DNA of 64,000 nucleotides from Leptonemataceae bacterium. Lineage in GTDB: Bacteria > Spirochaetota > Leptospiria > Leptospirales > Leptonemataceae. Location: NCBI GenBank assembly GCA_965227295.1, contig OZ245742.1:1920001-1984000 (forward strand). The letters run 5' to 3'. Both the position numbers and the translations under genes were made by a program. The notes under the pieces were generated by a model. That model saw only the letters and a program-made list of their open reading frames with translations, was not told the origin of the DNA and did no database searches. Positions 30,376 to 40,203 of the stretch are shown here, in pieces (the first letter of the stretch is position 1; each line of letters opens with the position of its first letter).

Positions 30376-32908
30376 ACATGGCACGAATCCGCGGCTCGCG
30401 CTGCGTCACGGGATGTAACTTCCACATCTCATTCGCATACTGGCGAATCGTTCGGTCCGAGGAAAACTTACCGGAGCGAGCGGAGTTGAGGATCGAACGT
30501 CGCGTCCAGTGACTCGCATTCTGGTAGTCCGCGGAAATTCGGTCCTGGATGTCGCAGTAGGCATCGAAGTCCGCCAGCAGAAGATAGTGATCTCCGCCGT
30601 AGACCAGGGCATGAAAGATCTCCTGAAAGATACCGGGCTCGCGGCGATTGAAGTAGTTGCCGCGCACGGCTTCGAGGACGCGGTGCACGCGTTCGTTTTG
30701 TTCGTAGATTTCCACGGGGTTGTAGCCGTTCGTACGAAGATGCTCGACTTCCTCGGTGGTCTTGCCGAAGATGTAAACGTTCGCCGCGCCGGCTTCTTCC
30801 AGAATCTCCACGTTTGCGCCGTCCAGCGTGCCCACGGTGAGCGCGCCGTTTAACATGAACTTCATGTTGCCGGTGCCCGAAGCTTCCATGCCCGCCGTAG
30901 ATATTTGTTCGCTGAGGTCGGCCGCCGGAAAGATGCGCTCGGCGAGACTTACGCGATAGTTCGGAAGAAACACCACTTTCAGAAGATCGCCGATGTCCGT
31001 GTCGGCGTTGATCACCTCGGCCACGCTGCAAATCAACTTGATGATCATGCGCGCGCGATGATAGCCCGGCGCCGCTTTGCCGGCGAAGATCACCGTGCGC
31101 GGGGCGTAGCTGTTGCGATAACCGGCGTCGCTCTTGAGTCGCTGGTACTCGGAGATCACGCGTAAGATGTTCAGGTGCTGGCGCTTGTACTCGTGGATGC
31201 GTTTGATCTGCACGTCGAACATGGAATGCGGGGAAACGTGCACGCCGGTTTCGAACTGAATGATCTTCGCCAGTTGCTCCTTGTTATGCAGTTTCACCCG
31301 GCGCCAGTCTTCCTGAAAGCCCGCGTCGCTTGCGTGATCATCCAGGGCGCGTATTTCGTCCAGGTCCTTCTGCCAGCCCCGGCCGATGCGCGCGATGATC
31401 AAATCCGCCAGATCGGGGTTGGCCGACGGCAGCCAGCGGCGATGCGTAATCCCGTTCGTTTTGTTTTGAATAAGGTCGGGCCGCAACTCGTGGAAGTCCC
31501 GAAAGACGCGCTCCTGAATGATCTTCGTATGCAGCGCCGCCACCCCGTTCACGGCCGACGAACCGATGCACGCCAGGTTCGCCATGCGCACCTTTTGTAC
31601 GGAACCTTCTTCGATGATCGACAGACTGCGGATCTTCGCGTCGTCCACGCCCTGTTCGCGGAGTTCGTCGAGGAAGCGTTGGTTGATTTCGTAAATGATT
31701 TCCAGGTGCCGCGGGAGCAGCTCTTCGAAGAGTTCCACGTCCCATTTTTCGAGGGCCTCGGGCATGACCGTGTGATTCGTATATGCAAGCGAGCGCCGGG
31801 TTAGATCAAACGCGCGATGCCAGTCCAGCAGATGTTCATCCACCAGGATGCGCATCAGTTCGGCGACGGCGACGGCCGGATGCGTATCGTTCATCTGGAA
31901 AAACACACGTTCGGGTAGTCGGTCCCAGTCATCGCCTTCTTCGGCCTGGAAGGTCGCGAGGGCGTCCTGTACCGTGGCGGCGACCAGTAAGTACTCCTGC
32001 TGTAATCTTAAGACCTTGCCCTGTTGGATGTTTTCGTTCGGATACAGCACCTTGGAAATCGTTTCGCTGCGTTGCTTGTCTTCGACGGCGCGGATGTAGT
32101 CGCCGTGATTGAAGTAATCGAAGTTGAACTCGGAACTGGCCCGGGACGCCCACAGGCGTAGATGATTTACCGTGCGCGTATCGAAGCCGGGCTGCAAAAT
32201 ATCGTAAGCGTGAGCCTGCACGACCTCGCCGGGGATCCAGCGTGAGCGCACCACGCCCGCGTCGTCGACGTAACGTTCGGTATAACCGTAGAACTGAACC
32301 GGAAAGCTGAGATCCGCGCGATGGATCTCCCAGGGATTGCCGCGGTTCAGCCATTCGTCCGGCGCTTCTTTCTGATAACCGTCGACGATCTGTTGATGAA
32401 AGATGCCGAACTCGTAACGAATGCTCGCGCCGCTGCCGGGCAAATCCAGGCTGGCCAAACTTTCCAGGAAACACGCCGCGAGACGCCCGAGGCCGCCGTT
32501 GCCCAGGCCGGCGTCCGGTTCGTACTGCGCAATCTCGTCCAGATCGTATCCGAAAGAGGCGAGGGTCTTCGCCGCCGCCTCGCGCATGCCCAGGTTCACC
32601 AGGTGCGCCGAAAGCAGGCGACCCATCAGAAACTCCATCGATACGTAGTACAAACGTTTCGCTTTGCGCTCGCGAATGAGTGATTGCGTGTGATTCCAGC
32701 GATCGATGAGAAAGTCCCGCACGGTATAGGCCAGGGCCTGGTAGATGTCGGCGCCGCTGATGCTGTCCTTGTACTTGCAGACCGTGTACTCCAGGTGATG
32801 GACGAAAGCCTTCGTGAGGGAGTCCAGATCGATGTTCGGCTCGCGATCCATCATCTCCCAGAGTTTGCGGCGGGCGGCTTCCGCTTCAGGATGCAGTGTC
32901 GTGCTCAT
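30374..32908 (-). CDS. glgP: Glycogen/alpha-glucan phosphorylase
   Basis: GLGNGGLGRLAACF, NDTHP, KRIHEYKRQ and the PLP-binding EASGTGNMKF motif. Confidence 0.97.
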   Translation of the reverse strand: MSTTLHPEAEAARRKLWEMMDREPNIDLDSLTKAFVHHLEYTVCKYKDSISGADIYQALAYTVRDFLIDRWNHTQSLIRERKAKRLYYVSMEFLMGRLLSAHLVNLGMREAAAKTLASFGYDLDEIAQYEPDAGLGNGGLGRLAACFLESLASLDLPGSGASIRYEFGIFHQQIVDGYQKEAPDEWLNRGNPWEIHRADLSFPVQFYGYTERYVDDAGVVRSRWIPGEVVQAHAYDILQPGFDTRTVNHLRLWASRASSEFNFDYFNHGDYIRAVEDKQRSETISKVLYPNENIQQGKVLRLQQEYLLVAATVQDALATFQAEEGDDWDRLPERVFFQMNDTHPAVAVAELMRILVDEHLLDWHRAFDLTRRSLAYTNHTVMPEALEKWDVELFEELLPRHLEIIYEINQRFLDELREQGVDDAKIRSLSIIEEGSVQKVRMANLACIGSSAVNGVAALHTKIIQERVFRDFHELRPDLIQNKTNGITHRRWLPSANPDLADLIIARIGRGWQKDLDEIRALDDHASDAGFQEDWRRVKLHNKEQLAKIIQFETGVHVSPHSMFDVQIKRIHEYKRQHLNILRVISEYQRLKSDAGYRNSYAPRTVIFAGKAAPGYHRARMIIKLICSVAEVINADTDIGDLLKVVFLPNYRVSLAERIFPAADLSEQISTAGMEASGTGNMKFMLNGALTVGTLDGANVEILEEAGAANVYIFGKTTEEVEHLRTNGYNPVEIYEQNERVHRVLEAVRGNYFNRREPGIFQEIFHALVYGGDHYLLLADFDAYCDIQDRISADYQNASHWTRRSILNSARSGKFSSDRTIRQYANEMWKLHPVTQREPRIRAM

Positions 32909-34158
32909 ACGGGGTGGTTCCTCTTTTTGCTTTCCGGCGCAGGGTGCATGGTGCCCTGGTTTGCTTTCGGCGGCCGGCGACCGTACTTCAACCGTCGTCG
33001 AAAATCCTGCAACACGTTCATGAAGTAAACGTAGGCCTCGTGGGGCGTCTCATAGGGGCTGAAGTACTTGTGCACGTCGCCGTCGTTCCAGTACTTCGTG
33101 CTCATGTAATAAAAATGATCCGACGTTTGCAGCTTGCGAAACGTGTCCAGCAGCGTCGGATCACCGGTGGCGTGCACCCGGTCCTCCATTTCGTAGAGGG
33201 CCGCCGTCGCCTCCCGCTGCATGGAATTTCCCTGCCAGGCGGAAAGGTCGCGTTCGGTGTCGGCCCAGGAGACGGCCTCCTCGCTTTCCACCGCGCCCAC
33301 CGCCGGATAACGGCGCATGCATTCGCTCACGGTGCGGAAATCAAAGTCCGGGTGTCGTTTTACAATCTCGGGCAGGGAGCGCATGAAGTCGAAGATGCCC
33401 GTGTCGGCCCACTGGTGTTCGCCGAAGGTTTCGAAGTCCATGAAGAGATTTACGACGTTGCCGTTGCCGGCCACGGCGTGGGTCCAGCGGCCGAACTTCT
33501 CAGCGGTGAGCGGCCATTCGCTCCACGCCTTCGAAGAAAAACGAAAGGCGATGTCGTCCGAGAGCTGGTAGTTCTTGGTCAACAGCTTGAACGACGGTGC
33601 GCCCCGGGCGTGATAGACGTAGTTCGGCGAGCGCCAGTCCAGCAGTCGTTCCGCGCCTTCGAGCAGCATGCCCTCGAAGCCCATGTTCGCCGCCAGCTCG
33701 GCCGCGTGATTGTTGAAGATCAGCTCGGTGTTGCGAAAGGCCGTGGGGCGAACGCCGAATTCTTTGCGCATGAGGGCGCCGTGCAGGCGGACCTGGGCCT
33801 CGAATTCCCGATCGCTGAAGATCGACGAGAGTGAGTGATAGTAGGTCTCTCCGAGAAACTCCACGCGGCCGGTGTCCGCGAGACGTTTGAAGTTATCGAG
33901 GACCTCGGGCTGCCAGGCGCGCAGCTGCTCGATGAGCGTGCCGGTCAGGGCGAAGGTGCAGCGAAAGTCGGTGTCCTGCTTTTGAATGACGTCAAGCAAG
34001 AGCTCGGTCATGGGCAGATAACACTTCTCACCGACTTTACGCAGGATCCGGCGATTGGCCTCTTCGTCGAAGTAAGAGCCGGAACCGATGTCGAAGAAAT
34101 GGTAGGGACGCAGCCGAAAGGGCTGATGCACCTCAAAGTAGAAGCAGACCGAAATCAT
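32905..34158 (-). CDS. Glycoside hydrolase family 57 (alpha-amylase-like)
   Basis: HQP, ETYYHSL, RNTE, SDDIAFRFS and DFETFGEH motifs. Confidence 0.92.
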   Translation of the reverse strand: MISVCFYFEVHQPFRLRPYHFFDIGSGSYFDEEANRRILRKVGEKCYLPMTELLLDVIQKQDTDFRCTFALTGTLIEQLRAWQPEVLDNFKRLADTGRVEFLGETYYHSLSSIFSDREFEAQVRLHGALMRKEFGVRPTAFRNTELIFNNHAAELAANMGFEGMLLEGAERLLDWRSPNYVYHARGAPSFKLLTKNYQLSDDIAFRFSSKAWSEWPLTAEKFGRWTHAVAGNGNVVNLFMDFETFGEHQWADTGIFDFMRSLPEIVKRHPDFDFRTVSECMRRYPAVGAVESEEAVSWADTERDLSAWQGNSMQREATAALYEMEDRVHATGDPTLLDTFRKLQTSDHFYYMSTKYWNDGDVHKYFSPYETPHEAYVYFMNVLQDFRRRLKYGRRPPKANQGTMHPAPESKKRNHPV

Positions 34159-34394
34159 GTTGTACCTCCGCAGGGCGGACGGGCGGCCGGGGTCAGGAAT
34201 GCCCTTCCCGGCCGCACCGGGAGTCTGATTCTACGAACTGGTTATCCGAACGGATGAGTGCAAACGCTCCGAATGTATGTATGTGGCAATTGCCGCCGGA
34301 GTCGTAGTCAATAATTAAATCGTCAGTTTATTTACACGAGAACTATTTTAAAACGGCGCGGCTTTTCTATTCATTATGAGAAAAAGAGTAAGAA

Positions 34395-34423
34395 GCAAAC
34401 TCAAGCACGCGCATTGAGTTTGC
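34395..34423 (-). terminator. Probable intrinsic terminator hairpin after the glycosyltransferase
   Basis: gcaaactcaa / ttgagtttgc stem followed by a T-rich run on the minus strand. Confidence 0.55.
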
Positions 34424-34454
34424 GTCTTAGAACGTTTCTCAAATTGTAGATTCG

Positions 34455-35831
34455 TTATCCTGCGTTCAGTTGATCATAGACGGCTTCAATCTTTTCCGCC
34501 GCGGTGGACCAGGTGATGTTGCGCACCTCGGCCTTGCAGTTGGCCCGCAATTGCACGCGCCCCCGGCTGTCCTGGAGGACCCCCACGATCGCGTCGGCGA
34601 TGGCCTCGACGTCCCAGAAATCCACCTTGATGCAGTTGGAGATGATCTCGCTTACACCGGACTGTTTCGAAACGATGACGGGCACGCCGTGGACCATGGC
34701 CTCCAGCGGCGAAATGCCGAAGGGTTCCGAGACCGAGGGCATCACGTAGAGGTCGCTCATGGCGTAGATGCGTTGTACCTGGTCATGATCGAGGAAACCG
34801 GTGTAGTGAAAGTACTTGCCCACGCCCAGGTCCGCGGCCAGTTCGATCATGCGCGCATACATGTCGCCCGCGCCCACCATCACGAAGCGTACACCCCTGC
34901 CGCCCAAACGTTCCACCACGCGCCGGGCGGCGCGTACGAAGTAGTCGGGGCCTTTCTGGAAAGTAATGCGACCGAGAAACAGTACGATGTGTTCGAGGAT
35001 GGGCCGGTCGTCGACGTGCGTGTCGTCCGGGACGGTGGAGCCCGGGCCGGGATAGGCCGGCACCGGCGCCGCGGCGGTGAGTTTCGGCGGGAGGCTGAAC
35101 TCCACGGCGTTGTGAATGGCCGCAATCTTCTCCGGAGCCACGCCGTAGCGCTCGATCAGAATGTGCTTCGTGTAATTGCTCACTGTAATGACCCGGTCGC
35201 AGGCGTGCAGGGCCGTGCGCTCCAGATCGTAAATGTACTGGTTTACATGTTCACCACTCCGATCAAACTCCGTCGCGTGGATGTGGCAGACCAACGGCAC
35301 GTTCGCCGCGCGGCTGGCGGCCAGGGCGGCGGGAAAGGTCATCCAGTCATGGGCATGCACGACGTCGTACTCGCCTTTGCGGATCAGCAGGCCGGCCAGG
35401 GCGGCGAAGTGATGGATCTCCTCGTACAGGTGATCGCCGTAGCCGCCGCGCAGAAAGGGACTGCCGCCGTCGTCGATTTCCGTGCGTGTGTGCACGGCTT
35501 GCTCTTCGTGTTGGAGCACGGCCGCATGGCTCTGGTGAGTGAGGGAAGTTTCGTAAGGCCGGACTGTGACGCCGCTTTCGGCGAAGTGTTCGATCGCAGT
35601 ATAGTAGGATTTGACCTCGTCCGCGGTGAACAGGGCCCGGCGAGGCGAAAAGATGCGGACCCCGTCCTCGACGTACTCCGCGGCGGCGGCGGAAGGAAGC
35701 AGAAAGTCCACGGAATGGCCGCGGGCCGCCACGGCGCGGGCCAGGCCGCGGCAGGCGATGCCGAGCCCGCCGGTAATGCGAGGAGGGTATTCCCAGCCGA
35801 TCATAAAAATCCTGTGCTTATGCGATTGCAT
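34455..35831 (-). CDS. GT4-family glycosyltransferase (glycogen synthase-like)
   Basis: GWEYPP...GGLG, HAHDWMT, LGRITFQKGP and EPFGISPLEA motifs. Confidence 0.9.
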   Translation of the reverse strand: MQSHKHRIFMIGWEYPPRITGGLGIACRGLARAVAARGHSVDFLLPSAAAAEYVEDGVRIFSPRRALFTADEVKSYYTAIEHFAESGVTVRPYETSLTHQSHAAVLQHEEQAVHTRTEIDDGGSPFLRGGYGDHLYEEIHHFAALAGLLIRKGEYDVVHAHDWMTFPAALAASRAANVPLVCHIHATEFDRSGEHVNQYIYDLERTALHACDRVITVSNYTKHILIERYGVAPEKIAAIHNAVEFSLPPKLTAAAPVPAYPGPGSTVPDDTHVDDRPILEHIVLFLGRITFQKGPDYFVRAARRVVERLGGRGVRFVMVGAGDMYARMIELAADLGVGKYFHYTGFLDHDQVQRIYAMSDLYVMPSVSEPFGISPLEAMVHGVPVIVSKQSGVSEIISNCIKVDFWDVEAIADAIVGVLQDSRGRVQLRANCKAEVRNITWSTAAEKIEAVYDQLNAG

Positions 35832-35919
35832 CGGAAACCCCTCCGAATTCTGAGACGTGTTGCCCGAGTGCCGTCGAGTGTTTGCGGGTCGTCAATGAAA
35901 AAACACGTTCATCAATCTT

Positions 35920-38061
35920 TTGCGGGAAATTCTCACGGATTTGTCATTTAAGTCCCGCACACTTACTTTCGTCCCGCACGGCGGTCGGCCGTACCCGCCG
36001 GGGGCGACACCGGACCGCGACGGCGGCGGGGTGAACTTCGCCCTGTTTTCGGAGCACGCGGAGTCCGTGGATCTCTGCCTCTTTACCGCGGACGGCCCGG
36101 ACTTCACAGAGAGTCATCGCTTTACGTTGTCGGACTGCGCGGACGGTGTCTGGCACGGCTACGTGCGCGGGGCCGGCCCGGGTACGCTCTACGGCTATCG
36201 GGTGTCCGGTAGCGGGCAGAGTTTCGATCCGAAACTGTTAGCCATCGATCCTTACGCCCGGGAGTTGTTCGAAGATCCCAACGCGGAACGCTATCGTGAC
36301 GGCGGCGGTCCGCCGGCCGTCGTTACGGGGGCCGCCGATTTCGATTGGGGCGATGATCGTCGGCCGGAGACGCCCTGGTCGCGCACGCTGATCTACGAGG
36401 GGCACGTGAAGGGACTGAGCCGGCGCCACCCGGACGTACCGGAAGCGGAACGCGGTCGTTACGCGGGCGTCGCTTCGGATGCGATGATCGCGCACTATCG
36501 CGAACTCGGTGTCAGCGCGGTGGAGTTGTTGCCCGTGCAACAGCACATCGACGAGCCGCATCTCATCGAGCGCAAACTTACGAACTACTGGGGTTACGCG
36601 ACGATCGCGTACTGTGTTCCGGATCTGCGTTACGCAACGAGCGCTGCTTCGGCGGTGCGTGAGTTTCAGGAGATGGTCCGGCGATTGCACGCCGCGGGCA
36701 TCGAGGTGATTCTCGACGTCGTGTTGAATCACAGCGGCGAGGGACCGCGCGAAGATCCCGGCCGTTCGTTTCGCTTGATCGACGATCTGAGTTACTACCA
36801 CACCGTTTCCGCGGAAGACCGCCGTTACTACGATGCGAGCGGTTGCGGCAATACTCTGCGACTTTCTCATCCGCGGGTGTTGCAGTTCGCTCTGGATTGT
36901 TTGCGCTACTGGGCAAGCGTGTTTCACGTGGACGGTTTTCGTTTCGACCTGGCCGCGTGCCTTGGGCGTCGCGGGGAAGAACACGACTTTCGTTTTGATC
37001 CGGGCGCGGCTTTTTTTACCGCCGTCGCCCAGGATCCGATTCTCGCCCCGCTTAAGTTGATTGCAGAACCCTGGGACCTGGGCGCAGACGGCTACCAGAG
37101 CGGAAACTTCCCGGCCCCGTTCTTCGAATGGAACGATCGCTATCGCGACGCGGTGCGGCGTTTCTGGCGCGGCGATGAAATTCCGTTACATGAAACCGCC
37201 GCGCGCCTGGCCGGCTCCGGGGACGTCTTCCCCCGGCGACGGAGTTCCGGCGGCGGCGTGCATACCGGTATCAGCTATGTGACGGCCCACGACGGTTTTA
37301 CGTTGCGCGACCTGGTATCTTACAATCACAAGCACAACGAGGCCAACGGCGAAGACAATCGCGACGGCCATGAAGAAAACCTGAGCTACAACTTCGGCCT
37401 GGAAGGATCGGCGGAGGACAACCTGGAAGTCCAGGAGTTGCGTCGACGACAAATGCGCAATTTCATGGCGACGCTGTTTTTGTCGCGCGGGGTCATCATG
37501 TTTTCGGCGGGCGACGAGTACGGTCGCACGCAGGGCGGGAACAACAACGCCTACTGTCAGGACAACGAGATGACCTGGCTCGACTGGAACCTGGATGGCG
37601 CCGCCCTGGAGTTGCGCTCTTTTGTAAGTGATCTGGCGCGGCTGCGTCGGGAGCAGCGTTCGGTGCGGGAGTTTTTCGTGCACGGGGAGGCGGGCCTCGC
37701 CGGGGAGAACGTGGGCTGGCTCATGCCGTCGGGCGAGGAACCCGGCCATGAAGATTGGGCGCACACGCGGCGTTGCTTCGGGGCGATCTTTTTCCCGGAC
37801 GGCGTCCTGCGGATCGCGGACGGACAGACGGTGCTGCTCGTCCTCTGGAATGTTTCCGATGCGGAGGTCGTCTTTCAACTGCCGTCACATTTGGCTGCTA
37901 AGAATGAATCAACAGAGGTTAGCGCCTGGTTGCGCCTCTTCGATACGGTGCAGCCCGGTTTTGATCGGGCGCGGCACGCGCGTCCCGGAGGAGACGTGTA
38001 TCGCCTGCAGCCTCGATCCATGGCGGCCTTTGTTCCGGAAGGGAACGGGGGGCGCGCGTGA
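35920..38061 (+). CDS. glgX: Glycogen debranching enzyme (GH13)
   Basis: NYWGY, VDGFRFDLA, AEPWD, HDGFTL and GNNNAYCQDN motifs. Start uncertain. Confidence 0.95.
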   Translation: MREILTDLSFKSRTLTFVPHGGRPYPPGATPDRDGGGVNFALFSEHAESVDLCLFTADGPDFTESHRFTLSDCADGVWHGYVRGAGPGTLYGYRVSGSGQSFDPKLLAIDPYARELFEDPNAERYRDGGGPPAVVTGAADFDWGDDRRPETPWSRTLIYEGHVKGLSRRHPDVPEAERGRYAGVASDAMIAHYRELGVSAVELLPVQQHIDEPHLIERKLTNYWGYATIAYCVPDLRYATSAASAVREFQEMVRRLHAAGIEVILDVVLNHSGEGPREDPGRSFRLIDDLSYYHTVSAEDRRYYDASGCGNTLRLSHPRVLQFALDCLRYWASVFHVDGFRFDLAACLGRRGEEHDFRFDPGAAFFTAVAQDPILAPLKLIAEPWDLGADGYQSGNFPAPFFEWNDRYRDAVRRFWRGDEIPLHETAARLAGSGDVFPRRRSSGGGVHTGISYVTAHDGFTLRDLVSYNHKHNEANGEDNRDGHEENLSYNFGLEGSAEDNLEVQELRRRQMRNFMATLFLSRGVIMFSAGDEYGRTQGGNNNAYCQDNEMTWLDWNLDGAALELRSFVSDLARLRREQRSVREFFVHGEAGLAGENVGWLMPSGEEPGHEDWAHTRRCFGAIFFPDGVLRIADGQTVLLVLWNVSDAEVVFQLPSHLAAKNESTEVSAWLRLFDTVQPGFDRARHARPGGDVYRLQPRSMAAFVPEGNGGRA

Positions 38062-40166
38062 TCGAAGAGCTGGCCGCAACGTTCGGCATCGTTCCCGAGT
38101 TTACCGAGATCGGCGGCGCGGTGCGACGGGCGTCCCCGGAGGACCTGGCCGCGGTACTCACGGCCATGGGGCTTGACGTAGGCGACGAGGCGGCCATGCA
38201 GCGGGAGTTGTATGATTTTCACCGCCGCAATCAAACCCGGCTCATCGACCCCGTGATCGTGTTTACGCTGGCGGAAGGCCCCGGGCACGAAGATCTCCGC
38301 GTGGAGTTGCGCATCCCGGCGCGCCTGGCCGCGGAACGCTGGGCTTACGAGCTGCAACTGGAGGGCGGCCCGCTGCTGGCGGAGACCGTGGCCGCTGAGG
38401 GCGACGAAACGTTCGAGTTTGATCGACTAACATATGTACGCCGGAGGTTTACGATTGCGCTTGCGCCGCCGGGCTATCACCGGTTGCGCGTATTTCGAGA
38501 GGATTCGTTGCTGGAAGACGGGGACTTCGCCGGGGCCGCGCTGATCGTTTGCCCGCCGACCTGTCATGTGCCGCCGCCGGAGGAACGTCGCCGAATGGGC
38601 GCGGCGGTGCAACTCTACGCCCTGCGGTCCGGGGCAAACTTCGGATCAGGTGAACTTACGGATCTCGAAGGTTTACTGCCCTGGGCGCGTCGTCATAACT
38701 ACGAGGTACTGGCGCTGTCACCCGTGCACGCGCTGTATCCCGCGAACCCGCGGCACGTCTCGCCGTACTCCCCGTCCAACCGGCGGTTCCTGAACATCAT
38801 GTACATGTCACCCCGGCGTTTTCCCGAATGGCACGACGGTCTCGATGCTGCCGGCGTTGCACGGGCCGAAACGGAAAGCCGTGCGGACGGCGGCCCCGGT
38901 CCGATCATCGATTACGCGCAGGCGAACGCACGGCGCCTGGCGTGTTTTGAAAAACTGTACGCGATCTTCGAAGAACGGGGCAGCCCGGACCGGCGCGAAG
39001 CTTTCGAAGCGTATCGGCGCGAGCAGGGCGAAGCGCTCCGGCACCAGGCGTTGTTCGATGTGCTGTACGAACACTTCGTTCAGGAACACGAACCCGCGCT
39101 GTACGGCTGGCGCAATTGGCCCGCGTCGTTTCGCCGCCCGGACGGCCCGGCGGTGCGGGCCTTCGCCGAAGGTCGGGCCGACCGCCTGCGATTTTACGAG
39201 TTCCTCTACTGGAACGCGACTGTTCAGTTAGATGACGTTCGCCGCAAGTTACTGGAACACGGGGTGCGTTTGAATCTGGACCTCGCGGTGGGGGCGGATG
39301 CCTCCGGCGCCGAAACCTGGAGTGCTCGATCGGTCTACGCTCTGCATGCTTCCGCGGGCGCGCCGCCGGACCCGTTTTCCCCGGACGGCCAGAACTGGGG
39401 CCTCGCTCCCATGATCCCGCATCAACTGCGCGAGGAGGCCTATCGTCCGTTCATTGAAGTGTTGCGTGCGAACCTGCCGGAAGACGGCGTGCTGCGTCTC
39501 GATCACGCGATGCAATTGTTTCGACTTTACTGGGCCTGCGACGACGGCCGCGGCGCCTACGTAAGTTATCCTTACGAAGAGTTACTGGCGATCCTGTGTC
39601 TGGAGAGTCGCCGCCGCCGCTGCATGATCATCGGCGAGGATCTCGGCACGGTCCCGGAGAACGTGCGGGCAGAGCTGGCCCGGCGGCAGATCCTCTCCTG
39701 GCGCGTGGCCTACTTCGAAAAAGATTCGGCGGGGGAGTTCGTAGCGCCGGAGGCGTATCCGGAGAACAGCATCGCGACGCTCAATACCCACGACCTGCCG
39801 ACGCTGCGCGGTTACTGGAACGACAGTGACATTCAGCTTCGTGAAAATCTCGGTAAGTTCACCTCCGTGGAAGCGAAGCACGAACGCCAACAACGCCGCG
39901 CGGATCGTCGTCGCCTGCTCGCGGCCCTGGTGGAGCGCGAGTACATCGACGCGGCGACAGCGAAAGCAGGCGAGTCGGAGTTTTCGACGGAGTTGCGCGA
40001 TGCGTTGCACGCGTACCTGGCGGACGCGGGTTCGCAACTGCGCATCTTTTCCCTGCACGATCTGCTCCACGAACATGCGCAGCCCAATCTTCCCGGTACG
40101 GTGCACGAGTATCCGAACTGGAGCCTGAGTTATTCGAAGTCCGTCGAAGAACTTGCGGAAAATTAA
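38058..40166 (+). CDS. malQ: 4-alpha-glucanotransferase (GH77)
   Basis: SPYSPSNR, DLAVG, GQNWG, LRLDH, GEDLG and THDLPT motifs. Confidence 0.94.
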   Translation: MIEELAATFGIVPEFTEIGGAVRRASPEDLAAVLTAMGLDVGDEAAMQRELYDFHRRNQTRLIDPVIVFTLAEGPGHEDLRVELRIPARLAAERWAYELQLEGGPLLAETVAAEGDETFEFDRLTYVRRRFTIALAPPGYHRLRVFREDSLLEDGDFAGAALIVCPPTCHVPPPEERRRMGAAVQLYALRSGANFGSGELTDLEGLLPWARRHNYEVLALSPVHALYPANPRHVSPYSPSNRRFLNIMYMSPRRFPEWHDGLDAAGVARAETESRADGGPGPIIDYAQANARRLACFEKLYAIFEERGSPDRREAFEAYRREQGEALRHQALFDVLYEHFVQEHEPALYGWRNWPASFRRPDGPAVRAFAEGRADRLRFYEFLYWNATVQLDDVRRKLLEHGVRLNLDLAVGADASGAETWSARSVYALHASAGAPPDPFSPDGQNWGLAPMIPHQLREEAYRPFIEVLRANLPEDGVLRLDHAMQLFRLYWACDDGRGAYVSYPYEELLAILCLESRRRRCMIIGEDLGTVPENVRAELARRQILSWRVAYFEKDSAGEFVAPEAYPENSIATLNTHDLPTLRGYWNDSDIQLRENLGKFTSVEAKHERQQRRADRRRLLAALVEREYIDAATAKAGESEFSTELRDALHAYLADAGSQLRIFSLHDLLHEHAQPNLPGTVHEYPNWSLSYSKSVEELAEN

Positions 40167-40203
40167 GTTGCTGCGAGAATCTTACCGGGAACTTTCAACT
40201 ATC

